NCBI GenBank assembly: GCA_963817715.1 | Contig: CAWFPG010000004.1 | Span: 327,673-391,672 of the forward strand | Direction: 5' to 3' | Source: an uncultured Gemmatimonadales bacterium | GTDB lineage: Bacteria > Gemmatimonadota > Gemmatimonadetes > Gemmatimonadales > GWC2-71-9 | DNA length: 64,000 nucleotides | Shown here: in pieces, positions 1-8,965 of the stretch | Layout of the letters: each line of letters begins with the position of its first letter | How positions within the stretch are numbered: position 1 is the stretch's first letter | Translations under genes and position numbers: made by a program | Notes under the pieces: generated by a model | The model's input: only the letters and a program-made list of their open reading frames with translations | What the model was told of the DNA's origin: nothing | Database searches by the model: none

Positions 1-2502
1 ATTGCCTACCGGACCGTCGCCGACAAGATGCCGTGGGATGCCGGGCGTCGTGCCGACGTCGACGCCGAGCAGGCGGTCATCCAGGCGCGCCTGGCCGAGT
101 TCCCGCTGGCGCGGACGCGGCCCTACTTCGATGCCCACGAGTCGAAGCAGAAGGGGACCGGCGGGCTGCTGTCGGTGACGGTCAACCCCGAGGCGTGCAA
201 GGGCTGCAACCTGTGCGTGGAGGTCTGTCCCGACGGTGCGCTGGTGACGGTGCACCAGGACCAGGACAACCTCGCCCGGCTGCGCCGCAACTGGTCGATG
301 TGGAACCACCTGCCGGACACCGACGACCGATTCGTCACGATCCACGACATCGACGAGGGGATCGGCGTGCTGCCGACCCTGCTCCTGAAGAAGGAGGCCT
401 ATCGGTCGATGGTGGGTGGCGACGGCGCCTGCATGGGCTGCGGCGAGAAGACGGCGGTGCACCTGATCGTCTCGGCGATCCACGCCCAGATGGCCCCGCG
501 AGTGCGGCGCCACGTGGCCGATCTCGATGCGCTCATCACCACCCTCGACGGCAAGGCTCGTGAGCTGCTGGCTCGGCACGCCGACCTCGACGAGGCCGCC
601 GCCGCCGACACCAGCGTGGCGGTCCCGGTCGACGACGAGGCCCATCGCGAGCTGGCGGCGCTGACCGAGTCGCTGCGGGAGCTGCGCGACCTGCGGTGGC
701 GCTACACCGAGGGACCGAGCGGCAAGGGCCGGGCGCTGATGGCGATGGCCAACTCCACCGGCTGTTCGTCGGTGTGGGGCAGCACCTATCCGTACAACCC
801 GTATCCGTTCCCCTGGGTGAACCACCTCTTCCAGGATGCGCCCTCGATCGCCATCGGGGTCTTCGAGGCCCAGATGCGCAAGATGGCCGACGGCTTCCTG
901 GCGGTGCGCCGGGCCCGGGCCATGGCCGAGGGGCGCGCGGTGAACGGACCGGCCCCGGGCGAGCACGACTCACTCGACTGGCACGAGTTCACCGATGAGG
1001 AGTTTGCGCTCTGCCCGCCGATGGTGGCGATGGGCGGCGACGGGGCGATGCTCGACATCGGCTTCCAGAACCTCTCGCGGCTGCTTGCCTCGGGGAAGCC
1101 GATCCGCGTGGTGGTGCTCGATACCCAGGTCTACTCCAACACTGGCGGACAGGCCTGCACCAGTGGCTACACCGGTCAGGTCGCCGACATGTCGGCGTTC
1201 GGCAAGGCCCAGTCGGGCAAGACCGAGGTGCGGAAGGAACTCGGCCTGCTGGCGATCGCCCACCGCGGGGTGTTCGTGCACCAGTCGTCGCAGGCGGCCG
1301 CGTCGCACATGCTGGCCGGGGTGCTGCAGGGTCTCGGCAAGCGTCGGCCGGCGGTCTTCAACATCTACACGCCGTGCCCGGTGGAGCACGGCCTCGCCGA
1401 CGACTGGTCCCAGCACGCGGCCCGGCTGTCGCTCGAGAGCCGCGCGTTCCCGTTCCTGACCTACGACCCGGACGGCGGGAGCACCATCGCGGATTGTCTC
1501 TCGCTCGAGGGTAACCCGTCGATCGAGAGTGATTGGCCGGAGTACTCGCTCACCTACGTCAACGATGATGGGGTCGAGCAGGTGATGACCCTGCCGCTGA
1601 CGATCGCCGACTGGGCCGCCACCGAGGCACGCTTCAAGCCGCAATTCAGCGACGTCCCTCGCGACGACTGGCACGACGACATGGTGCCGTTCCACGAGTA
1701 CCTGGCGCTGGCACCGGAGGATCGCGCGGGGAAGGAGCCGTTCATCCACGGTGTCACCGCGGACCGCCGCCTGCGGCGGCTCCGGGTGTCGCTGACGATC
1801 GTTGGGCTCGCGCGGGAACGACTGGAGTTCTGGTCCCAGCTCCGGCAACTCGCCGGGGTCGAGGTGGGCGACAGCGTCCGCGAGGCCGTCTCGCGCGACC
1901 TCGACGACGACTACGCCAAGCGCGAGGCAGCGCTGCGGGCCGAGTTCGAGACCAACCTGGCCGCGATGCGGGCCAGCTATCCGCGGCAGATTGCCCGGCG
2001 GTTGGTGGAGAGTCTGGTGAAGCAGGGTGGCGGGGCGGCAATCGCCGAGCTGCTCACCTCGATCCCGGGAGTGGCCGCGGCCGCTGCCGCTGGCAACGGT
2101 GCCGCGGTGGCGGAACCCGAGCCGGCAACCGTCACGGCGACTGCCGCGCCACCGGCGACTCCGACTCCGCCGCCTGAGCCGGCACCCGAACCGACCGCGA
2201 CCGCCGCTGCCCCGGCCGCGGCGACCGACGACGACGATGACGATGACGGCCTCGAGATGGAGGCGTACATCGACACGATCCGCTGCACGACGTGCAACGA
2301 GTGCACCAACCTGAACAACCGGATGTTCGCCTACAACGACGACAAGCAGGCCTACATCAAGGACCCGACGGCGGGGACCTTTCAGCAACTGGTGCTGGCC
2401 GCCGAACGCTGCCCGGTGTCGTTGATCCACCCCGGGACGCCGCTCAATCCGAAGGAGAAGGACCTCGAGAAGTGGGTCAAGCGGGCGGAGCGCTTCGCCT
2501 GA
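1..2502 (+). CDS. pyruvate:ferredoxin oxidoreductase-type 2-oxoacid oxidoreductase, 5'-truncated by the window edge, with an extra C-terminal linker and ferredoxin-like domain
   Basis: The frame of ORF 28..2502 is open from nt 1. Motifs seen: CKGCNLCVEVCP (4Fe-4S), GDGACMGCGEKT and GGDGAMLDIGFQN...YSNTGGQ (TPP domain), NSTGCSSVWG. The tail has an Ala/Pro-rich linker, a D7 run and CTTCNEC...CP. Confidence 0.85.
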   Translation: MAYRTVADKMPWDAGRRADVDAEQAVIQARLAEFPLARTRPYFDAHESKQKGTGGLLSVTVNPEACKGCNLCVEVCPDGALVTVHQDQDNLARLRRNWSMWNHLPDTDDRFVTIHDIDEGIGVLPTLLLKKEAYRSMVGGDGACMGCGEKTAVHLIVSAIHAQMAPRVRRHVADLDALITTLDGKARELLARHADLDEAAAADTSVAVPVDDEAHRELAALTESLRELRDLRWRYTEGPSGKGRALMAMANSTGCSSVWGSTYPYNPYPFPWVNHLFQDAPSIAIGVFEAQMRKMADGFLAVRRARAMAEGRAVNGPAPGEHDSLDWHEFTDEEFALCPPMVAMGGDGAMLDIGFQNLSRLLASGKPIRVVVLDTQVYSNTGGQACTSGYTGQVADMSAFGKAQSGKTEVRKELGLLAIAHRGVFVHQSSQAAASHMLAGVLQGLGKRRPAVFNIYTPCPVEHGLADDWSQHAARLSLESRAFPFLTYDPDGGSTIADCLSLEGNPSIESDWPEYSLTYVNDDGVEQVMTLPLTIADWAATEARFKPQFSDVPRDDWHDDMVPFHEYLALAPEDRAGKEPFIHGVTADRRLRRLRVSLTIVGLARERLEFWSQLRQLAGVEVGDSVREAVSRDLDDDYAKREAALRAEFETNLAAMRASYPRQIARRLVESLVKQGGGAAIAELLTSIPGVAAAAAAGNGAAVAEPEPATVTATAAPPATPTPPPEPAPEPTATAAAPAAATDDDDDDDGLEMEAYIDTIRCTTCNECTNLNNRMFAYNDDKQAYIKDPTAGTFQQLVLAAERCPVSLIHPGTPLNPKEKDLEKWVKRAERFA

Positions 2503-3824
2503 TGCGGACCGGCAAGGGGTTCCGTCATGGGGTGCATCCTCCGGAGGCCAAGGCGCTCACCAACCAGCTGCCGATCCGACGAATGCCGTACCCCGAGGAG
2601 CTGGTGCTGCCACTGCGGCAACACGCCGGCGCGCCAGCCACGCTCTGCGTCAGGGTCGGCGACCGGGTGGAGCGCGGTGACAAGGTGGGCGAGGCCGACG
2701 GCTACATCTCGGTGCCGATTCATGCCTCGGCCGCCGGCATCGTCGCCGGGGTCGAGTTGGCCCCCCATCCCGACGGCTCGATGGCGATGGCGGTGCGGAT
2801 TGCGGTCGATCCCTACGCGCCCCAGGTCCCGAGGCCCCGACTGGTGCCCCGGTGGGAGGGGCTCAGCGCCGACGAGGTGGTCGCCGCGGTGCGCGATGCC
2901 GGTGTGGTGGGAATGGGCGGTGCCGGCTTCCCGACCCACGTGAAGCTGGCGCCACCCAAGGACCAGCCCGTGCACACCTTGATCATCAATGGTGCCGAGT
3001 GCGAGCCGTACCTGACCTCGGATCACCGGACCATGGTGGAGTATCCCGAGCGGGTGCACTTCGGCATCCGGGTGATGATGCAGACGCTCGGTGTGGAGCG
3101 GGTGGTGATCGGGATCGAGCGCAACAAGCCCGATGCGGTGGCGGCACTCGAGCGGACCATGCCGGACGACCTCGACGTCACCATCCTGCCCCTCACCGTC
3201 AAGTATCCGCAGGGCGCCGAGAAGATGCTCATCCACGCGGTCACCGGGGTCGAGGTGGGCTCGGGCAAGCTGCCGGTCACCGCCGGGGTCGTGGTGCAGA
3301 ATGTCGGTTCCGCCGCCGCGATCGCCGAGGTGTTCGAGACCGGCTTGCCGCTGATCGAACGGATCGTGACGGTCACCGGCCACGGCCTGCGCAAGCCCGC
3401 CAACCTGATCGTGCCGGTGGGCACCCGACTGCGTGATCTCTTTGCCTACTGCGGCGGGCTCACCGCCGATGCCGCCGAGGTCGTGGCGGGCGGACCGATG
3501 ATGGGACTGGCACAGGCCAACCTCGACGTGCCGATCACCAAGGGCACCACCGGGGTGGTCGTGCTCGCGCGCGATGAGACCCGCGGCGAACAGGTCTACC
3601 CCTGCATTCACTGTGGCCGCTGCCTGGACTCCTGTCCGGTCTTCCTCAACCCATCGCTGCTCGGTGACCTGGCCCGGGTGGGCCGCTACGAGGCGATGGC
3701 CGAGGCGCACCTCGCCGACTGCATGCTCTGCGGCTCCTGTTCCTACGTCTGTCCCTCGAACATCCCGCTGTCGCAGCTCTTCCAGGTCGGCAAGGTGGCG
3801 CTCCGGCGGCAGCGGGCGGCATGA
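2502..3824 (+). CDS. rnfC: Rnf electron transport complex subunit C
   Basis: The ATG overlaps the PFOR stop (TGATG at 2500-2504). 441 aa with GMGGAGFPT and two ferredoxin motifs, CIHCGRCLDSCP and CMLCGSCSYVCP. Confidence 0.9.
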   Translation: MRTGKGFRHGVHPPEAKALTNQLPIRRMPYPEELVLPLRQHAGAPATLCVRVGDRVERGDKVGEADGYISVPIHASAAGIVAGVELAPHPDGSMAMAVRIAVDPYAPQVPRPRLVPRWEGLSADEVVAAVRDAGVVGMGGAGFPTHVKLAPPKDQPVHTLIINGAECEPYLTSDHRTMVEYPERVHFGIRVMMQTLGVERVVIGIERNKPDAVAALERTMPDDLDVTILPLTVKYPQGAEKMLIHAVTGVEVGSGKLPVTAGVVVQNVGSAAAIAEVFETGLPLIERIVTVTGHGLRKPANLIVPVGTRLRDLFAYCGGLTADAAEVVAGGPMMGLAQANLDVPITKGTTGVVVLARDETRGEQVYPCIHCGRCLDSCPVFLNPSLLGDLARVGRYEAMAEAHLADCMLCGSCSYVCPSNIPLSQLFQVGKVALRRQRAA

Positions 3825-4822
3825 CCATGACGACCCCTCCGCTGATCGTCACCGCATCGCCGCACCTCAAGGCACCCGACTCGACCCCGCGGATCATGTG
3901 GCACGTGGTCCTGAGCCTTGTGCCAGTGGTCGCCGTGGCGGGCTGGTTCTTCGGGGTGAGTGCCCTGCTGGTGATTGCCGCGGCCACGCTCGGGGCGCTG
4001 TTGGCCGAGCGCCTCTTCGGGCAGGGCGGCACCATCGCCGACGGGTCGGCGGTGATCACCGGGTTGTTGCTGGGGCTCTGCCTGCCGGCCGGGATGCCGC
4101 TCTGGATGGCGATGCTGGGTGGACTGGTCGGCATCGGGATCGGCAAGATCGTCTTCGGCGGATTGGGGCAGAACGTCTTCAACCCGGCGCTCGTGGGTCG
4201 CGCGTTCCTGCAGGCAGCATTCCCGGTGGCGATCACCACCTGGCCCCAGCCGGGCCAGGGGTTCTGGACCCTGGCCGGCGACACCTTCGCGTTGCCGTTC
4301 ACCCACGGCGTGACCGACGCCATCACCGAGGCGACGCCGCTCGGCCTCTTCAAGTTCGAGGGGCGCCTCACACCGGTCCCCGATCTCTTCCTCGGGAACA
4401 CCGCCGGCTCGCTGGGCGAGACCGCCGTGGTGGTGATCCTGCTCGGTGGGCTCTACCTGGCGTGGCGCGGCTACCTCAACTGGCGGATCCCCGTGAGCGT
4501 GCTGGGCAGCACCGCGCTGCTCGCCGCGGTGCTCCACCTGATGAATGCGGCCTGGCCACCAGTGCCGTTCATGCTCCTCTCCGGCGGGTTGATGCTGGGC
4601 GCGGTGTACATGGCGACCGACATGGTCACCTCGCCGGTGACCAATGCCGGTCGCTGGGTGTTCGGGGCCGGGATCGGGGTGCTGGTGGTCGTGATCCGCA
4701 TCTGGGGTGGCCTCCCGGAGGGCGTGATGTACGCCATCCTGCTGATGAACGCGACGGTGCCGTTCATCGATCGCTTCACGCAACCGCGGGTCTTCGGGAC
4801 CGGGCGGAGGGTGCGGGCATGA
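3821..4822 (+). CDS. rnfD: Rnf complex subunit D (NqrB/RnfD family membrane protein)
   Basis: 333-aa polytopic membrane protein with ATGA overlaps on both sides. DAITEATPLG resembles the RnfD/NqrB flavinylation region. The position after rnfC fits. Confidence 0.85.
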   Translation: MTMTTPPLIVTASPHLKAPDSTPRIMWHVVLSLVPVVAVAGWFFGVSALLVIAAATLGALLAERLFGQGGTIADGSAVITGLLLGLCLPAGMPLWMAMLGGLVGIGIGKIVFGGLGQNVFNPALVGRAFLQAAFPVAITTWPQPGQGFWTLAGDTFALPFTHGVTDAITEATPLGLFKFEGRLTPVPDLFLGNTAGSLGETAVVVILLGGLYLAWRGYLNWRIPVSVLGSTALLAAVLHLMNAAWPPVPFMLLSGGLMLGAVYMATDMVTSPVTNAGRWVFGAGIGVLVVVIRIWGGLPEGVMYAILLMNATVPFIDRFTQPRVFGTGRRVRA

Positions 4823-5481
4823 CGGGCCACGCGCATGGCGGGCCACCGCCGACCGAAACGCCGCCCAAGGTCTCCTCGTGGCGACTGCTGGCCACCCTGG
4901 GAATCGCCGGGGCGCTGGCCGGCGGGCTGATCGTGACCGTCTACGCCCGCACCCTGCCGACCATCGAGGCGCACCGCGCCGCCCTGGTCGAGGCGGCGGT
5001 CCGCGAGGTGCTCAAGGAGCCGGCACGCCTCGACACCCTCTATCTCGTCGATGGGGCGCTGGTCGACGCCCTCCCCGATGGCACCGATCCGCGGGGGCTC
5101 GAGCGCGCCTTCCTCGGCTATGACGCCGATGGGGCGATGGTCGGCGCGGCGGTGACCGCCGCCGAGCCAGGCTTTTCCGACGTGATCTCGCTGATCTTCG
5201 GAATCGAGCCCCGCGACGGCACCCTGCTGGGCATGAAGATTCTCGCCCACAAGGAGACGCCGGGACTCGGCGACAAGATCGATCGGCCGGCGTTCATGGG
5301 CGAATTCGCCGGGGTCCACGCGCCGCTCGAGGGAGTGAAGGGCAGCCCTGCGACGCCCAACCAGGTGCAGACGATCACCGGCGCCACCATCTCGTCGCGC
5401 GCGGTGATCCGGATCATCAACAATGCCACGCAGCGGTGGCAGCCGCTGTTGCAGGCGTACCTGCAGGGAGGCGCCCCATGA
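4819..5481 (+). CDS. rnfG: Rnf complex subunit G (FMN-binding)
   Basis: The internal ATG at 4819 overlaps the rnfD stop. It has an N-terminal TM helix and an FMN-binding domain with the TGATISSRAV flavinylation motif. Confidence 0.85.
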   Translation: MTGHAHGGPPPTETPPKVSSWRLLATLGIAGALAGGLIVTVYARTLPTIEAHRAALVEAAVREVLKEPARLDTLYLVDGALVDALPDGTDPRGLERAFLGYDADGAMVGAAVTAAEPGFSDVISLIFGIEPRDGTLLGMKILAHKETPGLGDKIDRPAFMGEFAGVHAPLEGVKGSPATPNQVQTITGATISSRAVIRIINNATQRWQPLLQAYLQGGAP

Positions 5482-6116
5482 CCGCCGCGGCGCAGCCGGC
5501 GACCTTCGACGACTTCCTCCGGGGCGTCTGGCGCGAGAACCCGGTGGTGGTGCAGATGCTGGGACTCTGTCCCACCCTGGCCGTGACCAACAGCGTGGCC
5601 AACGGCCTCGCCATGGCGGGGGCGACAGCCTTCGTGCTGCTCGGGTCGAACGTGCTCGTGGCCTCGCTCAAGAAGCTGATCCCGCACGAGGTGCGGATCA
5701 CCTCCTATGTGCTGATCATCGCGACGTTCGTGACGATCGCCGACATGCTGCTCGAGGCGACGGTGCCGACCGTGCACAAGCAGCTGGGACCATTCGTGGC
5801 GCTGATCGTCGTCAATTGCATGATTCTCGGTCGTGCCGAGGCCTTCGCGTCGCGCAACGGCGTGGTGCGCTCCGCGATCGACGCGCTGGGCACGGCCGCC
5901 GGCTTCACGGTGATCCTGGTGCTGATGAGCGCGGTGCGCGAACTGCTCGGCACCGGCGCGCTGCTGGGCGTTGACATCCTCGGTCCGCACTTCGAGCCGT
6001 GGGTGATCATGGTGCTCCCGCCGGGCGGCTTCCTGACGCTCGGTGCGCTGATGCTGGTGCTCGGGTGGCTGGCCACGCGACGGCGTCGGTCCGTCGGGGC
6101 GGGGGAGGCGGCATGA
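5478..6116 (+). CDS. rnfE: Rnf complex subunit E
   Basis: The ATG at 5478 overlaps the rnfG stop. Typical RnfE/NqrD sequence (NPVVVQMLGLCPTLAVT..., LIVVNCMILGRAEAF). Confidence 0.85.
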   Translation: MTAAAQPATFDDFLRGVWRENPVVVQMLGLCPTLAVTNSVANGLAMAGATAFVLLGSNVLVASLKKLIPHEVRITSYVLIIATFVTIADMLLEATVPTVHKQLGPFVALIVVNCMILGRAEAFASRNGVVRSAIDALGTAAGFTVILVLMSAVRELLGTGALLGVDILGPHFEPWVIMVLPPGGFLTLGALMLVLGWLATRRRRSVGAGEAA

Positions 6117-6688
6117 AGGACCTCTCCTGGATCCTGATCTCGGCGCTGCTGGTCAACAACTTCACGCTGACCCTGTTCCTCGGGCTCTGCCCGTTCTTCG
6201 GGGTCACCGGTCAGGTGTCGACGGCGTTGCGCCTCGGCGTGGCCAACATCTTCGTGATGGTGATCACCGCGCTCGCGGTCTGGCTGCTCAACGCCTACGT
6301 GCTGGTGGCGGCGCCGTTCCTGCGCATCATCGCGTTCATCGTGGTGATCGCCTCGCTGGTGCAGATCGTCGAGATGGCGATCAAGAAGATCTCGCCGGCG
6401 CTCTTCCGGGCGCTGGGGATCTACCTGCCGCTGATCACCACCAACTGTGCCATCCTGGGGTTGGCGATCTTCCAGACCAACCGCGGCTACACCCTGCTCG
6501 AGGGCCTGGCCTTCGCGCTGGGCGCCGGGCTGGGCCTCACCCTCGCGCTGGTGCTGATGGCCTCGATCCGGGAGCGCACCGAGCTGGCCGAGATCCCCGG
6601 TGCCGCCAGGGGATTCGGGCTCACGCTGATGATCGCCACCTGCCTGTCGCTCGCCTTCATGGGCTTCGCGGGGTTGGGGGCCGGATGA
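6113..6688 (+). CDS. rnfA: Rnf complex subunit A
   Basis: The ATG at 6113 overlaps the rnfE stop. Typical RnfA/NqrE sequence (LLVNNFTLTLFLGLCPFFGV, LPLITTNCAILG). Confidence 0.85.
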   Translation: MKDLSWILISALLVNNFTLTLFLGLCPFFGVTGQVSTALRLGVANIFVMVITALAVWLLNAYVLVAAPFLRIIAFIVVIASLVQIVEMAIKKISPALFRALGIYLPLITTNCAILGLAIFQTNRGYTLLEGLAFALGAGLGLTLALVLMASIRERTELAEIPGAARGFGLTLMIATCLSLAFMGFAGLGAG

Positions 6689-6828
6689 TCACCACGGCGA
6701 TCGGGATCGGCGCCGTCGCGCTGCTGTTCGTGATCTACGGAATCGTGGGCGGCCGCGGCTGCACCGGACACTGTCCCGGATGCGGCAGCGCGTGTGCCAC
6801 GTACAAGGAGGAGACTCGTGTCGGTTGA
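6685..6828 (+). CDS. small Cys-rich single-TM protein (47 aa), not in the ORF track; NqrM-like or FeoB-associated-Cys-rich-like
   Basis: The ATG at 6685 overlaps the rnfA stop (ATGA). My translation is MITTAIGIGAVALLFVIYGIVGGRGCTGHCPGCGSACATYKEETRVG, a hydrophobic helix followed by a five-Cys cluster. It lies between rnfA and apbE. Confidence 0.45.
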   Translation: MITTAIGIGAVALLFVIYGIVGGRGCTGHCPGCGSACATYKEETRVG

Positions 6829-7813
6829 TGAACGCCTGGGCCCCAGCTGGGATCGGCGCCGCTTCGTCGGGGTCGGGATCGGCCTCTTCGTGCTTGCGGG
6901 GCTGCCGCTGGCCGCCCTGCGCCGCCGCCTCATGGTGCGCCGCTCAATGCCGGTGATGGGCACCATGGCCGAGCTCACCGTGGTGCATCACGACACGCCC
7001 CTGGCCGAACGCGCGATCGACGCTGCGTTCGACGTGCTGCGGCGCGTCGAGCGGCAGATGACCCGGTTCAGCGACGGCTCGGATATCGGCCGGGCCAACC
7101 TCGCGGCCGGCCGCGAGGGCGTCGCGGTGGCCCCGGCAACCGCGACCGTGCTGGCCCGGGCGCTCGAGTGGGCCTCGGCCAGCGACGGGCGCTTCGATCC
7201 CGCCCTCGGCTCGGTCATCGAGCTGTGGGATGTGGCCGACCGACACCAGCCTCCACCGGCAGGAGCGGTGCAACCGCTCGCCGGTCGTCAGTTCTGGCGC
7301 CACGTCGACCTCGCTCGTGGTCCCCGCTCGACCGCGGTCCGGTTCACCGACCCGGGCGTGCGCCTGGATCTCGGCGGGATCGCCAAGGGGCATGGCGTGG
7401 ACCTCGCCGTGAGGGCGCTCCGCGAGGCCGGCGTGACCGACGCGATCGTCAACGTCGGTGGTGACCTCTACGCGCTGGGCGAGGCCCCCGACGGTGGCCC
7501 CTGGTCGGTCGGGATCCGCTCGCCGCACCAGGCCGATATCATGGCGGCGACGCTGAAGATCAGCGACCGCGCCGTCGCGACATCGGGCGATTATGCCCAG
7601 TTCTTCACCTGGCACGGACACCGCTATCACCACCTGATGGACCCCACCACCGCGGTGCCCCGTGGTGGTCCGCTGCACAGCGTGACGGTGCAGGCCGACC
7701 AGTGCATGGATGCCGATGCGGCGGCCACCGCCACGTTCGGATTGCCACAGGGCGAGGCCGAGCGACTGGTCCGGTCGCTGGTGTCGCGCGCCGAGGTATT
7801 GCCCCTGGCCTGA
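6818..7813 (+). CDS. apbE: FAD:protein FMN transferase ApbE (flavin transferase), Tat-like signal
   Basis: LDLGGIAKGHGVD and ATSGDY motifs. The GTG at 6818 is preceded by AAGGAGG (6805-6811). The N-terminus RRRFVGVGIGLFVLAG looks twin-arginine. The ORF track's alternative start is 6794. Confidence 0.85.
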   Translation: MSVDERLGPSWDRRRFVGVGIGLFVLAGLPLAALRRRLMVRRSMPVMGTMAELTVVHHDTPLAERAIDAAFDVLRRVERQMTRFSDGSDIGRANLAAGREGVAVAPATATVLARALEWASASDGRFDPALGSVIELWDVADRHQPPPAGAVQPLAGRQFWRHVDLARGPRSTAVRFTDPGVRLDLGGIAKGHGVDLAVRALREAGVTDAIVNVGGDLYALGEAPDGGPWSVGIRSPHQADIMAATLKISDRAVATSGDYAQFFTWHGHRYHHLMDPTTAVPRGGPLHSVTVQADQCMDADAAATATFGLPQGEAERLVRSLVSRAEVLPLA

Positions 7814-7849
7814 ACACGACAGGCCTGACGTTCTGACCCGGAGGGACCG

Positions 7850-8200
7850 ATGAAAGGCACCAAGGTCTACTGTTCCGCCTGTGACCGGCAGGTGCGCGTG
7901 ATGATCTCCGAGGCGCCGGCCCACAACGGCCAGGCGACCCTGCACGACGAGGAGGTCGTCTGCCTCGAGATTGGCGACGAGTGCACCGGGGCGATGTGCC
8001 CGATCGGTGCGGCAGCTCCCGGCTCGATGGTGGCCCGTCTGGTGCGGCTCGGCCTTCCCACCGAGGGCCTGCGAACCGTGACCGCGACCTGCCCGACCTG
8101 TGAAGCCGAGGCCGAGATGGTGCTCTATGGCGGCGGCAAGGCGGCCTGTTCGGTCTGCGGGACCTCGGCGCGCTGGGTGGCTGATCACATGGAGGCGTGA
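7850..8200 (+). CDS. hypothetical Cys-rich (zinc-ribbon-like) protein
   Basis: 116-aa ORF with CSAC, CPTC and CSVC pairs plus [14 protein letters not shown] do not recognise a family. Confidence 0.5.
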   Translation: MKGTKVYCSACDRQVRVMISEAPAHNGQATLHDEEVVCLEIGDECTGAMCPIGAAAPGSMVARLVRLGLPTEGLRTVTATCPTCEAEAEMVLYGGGKAACSVCGTSARWVADHMEA

Positions 8201-8340
8201 GCGGGCCGAGGCACGGGGCACGCGCGAGGCGGCTGCGCCAGCCCCCTCGCCCCTTTCCGCAACTGTCGCTCCGGCTTACCTTTCCGTGTCTATGCACCAA
8301 CCGCCCCCTCGCCGGGGGCTCGAGAGGGGTGATTCACGGA

Positions 8341-8532
8341 ATGTCGGAAGTCATCATCCACGATGACGAGAGCTTCGAGCGGGCACTCAAGCGCTTCAAG
8401 AAGAAGTGCGAGAAGGCGGGCATCCTTTCTGACCTTCGCAAGCATCGGCACTACGAAAAGCCGAGCGAGAAGAAGAAGCGGAAGATGAACGCGGCCCAGC
8501 GGAAGAACCGTCGTGGACGTTCCCGTGCCTGA
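8341..8532 (+). CDS. rpsU: 30S ribosomal protein S21
   Basis: The internal ATG at 8341 gives [48 protein letters not shown], which is typical of S21. Confidence 0.95.
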   Translation: MSEVIIHDDESFERALKRFKKKCEKAGILSDLRKHRHYEKPSEKKKRKMNAAQRKNRRGRSRA

Positions 8533-8965
8533 GCTCCTCGCCAGGCTGCGCAGCGACCAGGTCGCCGCACGCAAGGCTGTTGACAAGGACCGGACCCTGC
8601 TGCTGGGGACGGTCCTTGCCGCATTGAAGAACCGCGAGCTCGAAGTGTCGCGCGACCTCACCGAGGACGAGGTCGTCGAGGTGCTTCGCAAGCAGATCAA
8701 GCAGCGACAGGATTCGGTCGAGCAGTACACCAAGGCCGATCGTCCCGACCTCGCCGGGCGGGAGCAGGCCGAGCTCGACGCGCTGCGGCACTACCTTCCG
8801 CCCGAGGCCGATCCGGCCGAGATCCGGGCCGCGGCCGAGGCCGCCGTCGCCGCCGGGGCGAGTGATCTTGGCAAGCTGATGGGGCGCCTGATGGGCCAGT
8901 TCAAGGGCAAGGCCGACGGCAGGACCGTCAACCGGATCGCCCGCGAGACGCTCGGCCAGGGATGA
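8513..8965 (+). CDS. GatB/YqeY domain-containing protein
   Basis: 150 aa with a YqeY-like sequence (LKNRELEV...[17 protein letters not shown]...[17 protein letters not shown]). The start is uncertain (GTG at 8513 or 8525). Confidence 0.8.
   Translation: MDVPVPELLARLRSDQVAARKAVDKDRTLLLGTVLAALKNRELEVSRDLTEDEVVEVLRKQIKQRQDSVEQYTKADRPDLAGREQAELDALRHYLPPEADPAEIRAAAEAAVAAGASDLGKLMGRLMGQFKGKADGRTVNRIARETLGQG

Noticed and set aside
2090-2250. An apparent DNA repeat (gcc/ccg-rich, followed by gacgac...).
   Set aside because: This is the coding sequence for the Ala/Pro linker and poly-Asp run of the PFOR tail, i.e. low-complexity protein sequence and not a noncoding repeat.
970-2430. A 486-aa minus-strand ORF inside the PFOR gene, along with many other 60-300-aa overlapping ORFs throughout the track.
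   Set aside because: They are antisense or off-frame to strongly supported genes, and their composition is dominated by Arg, Pro and Gly. I treated them as spurious.
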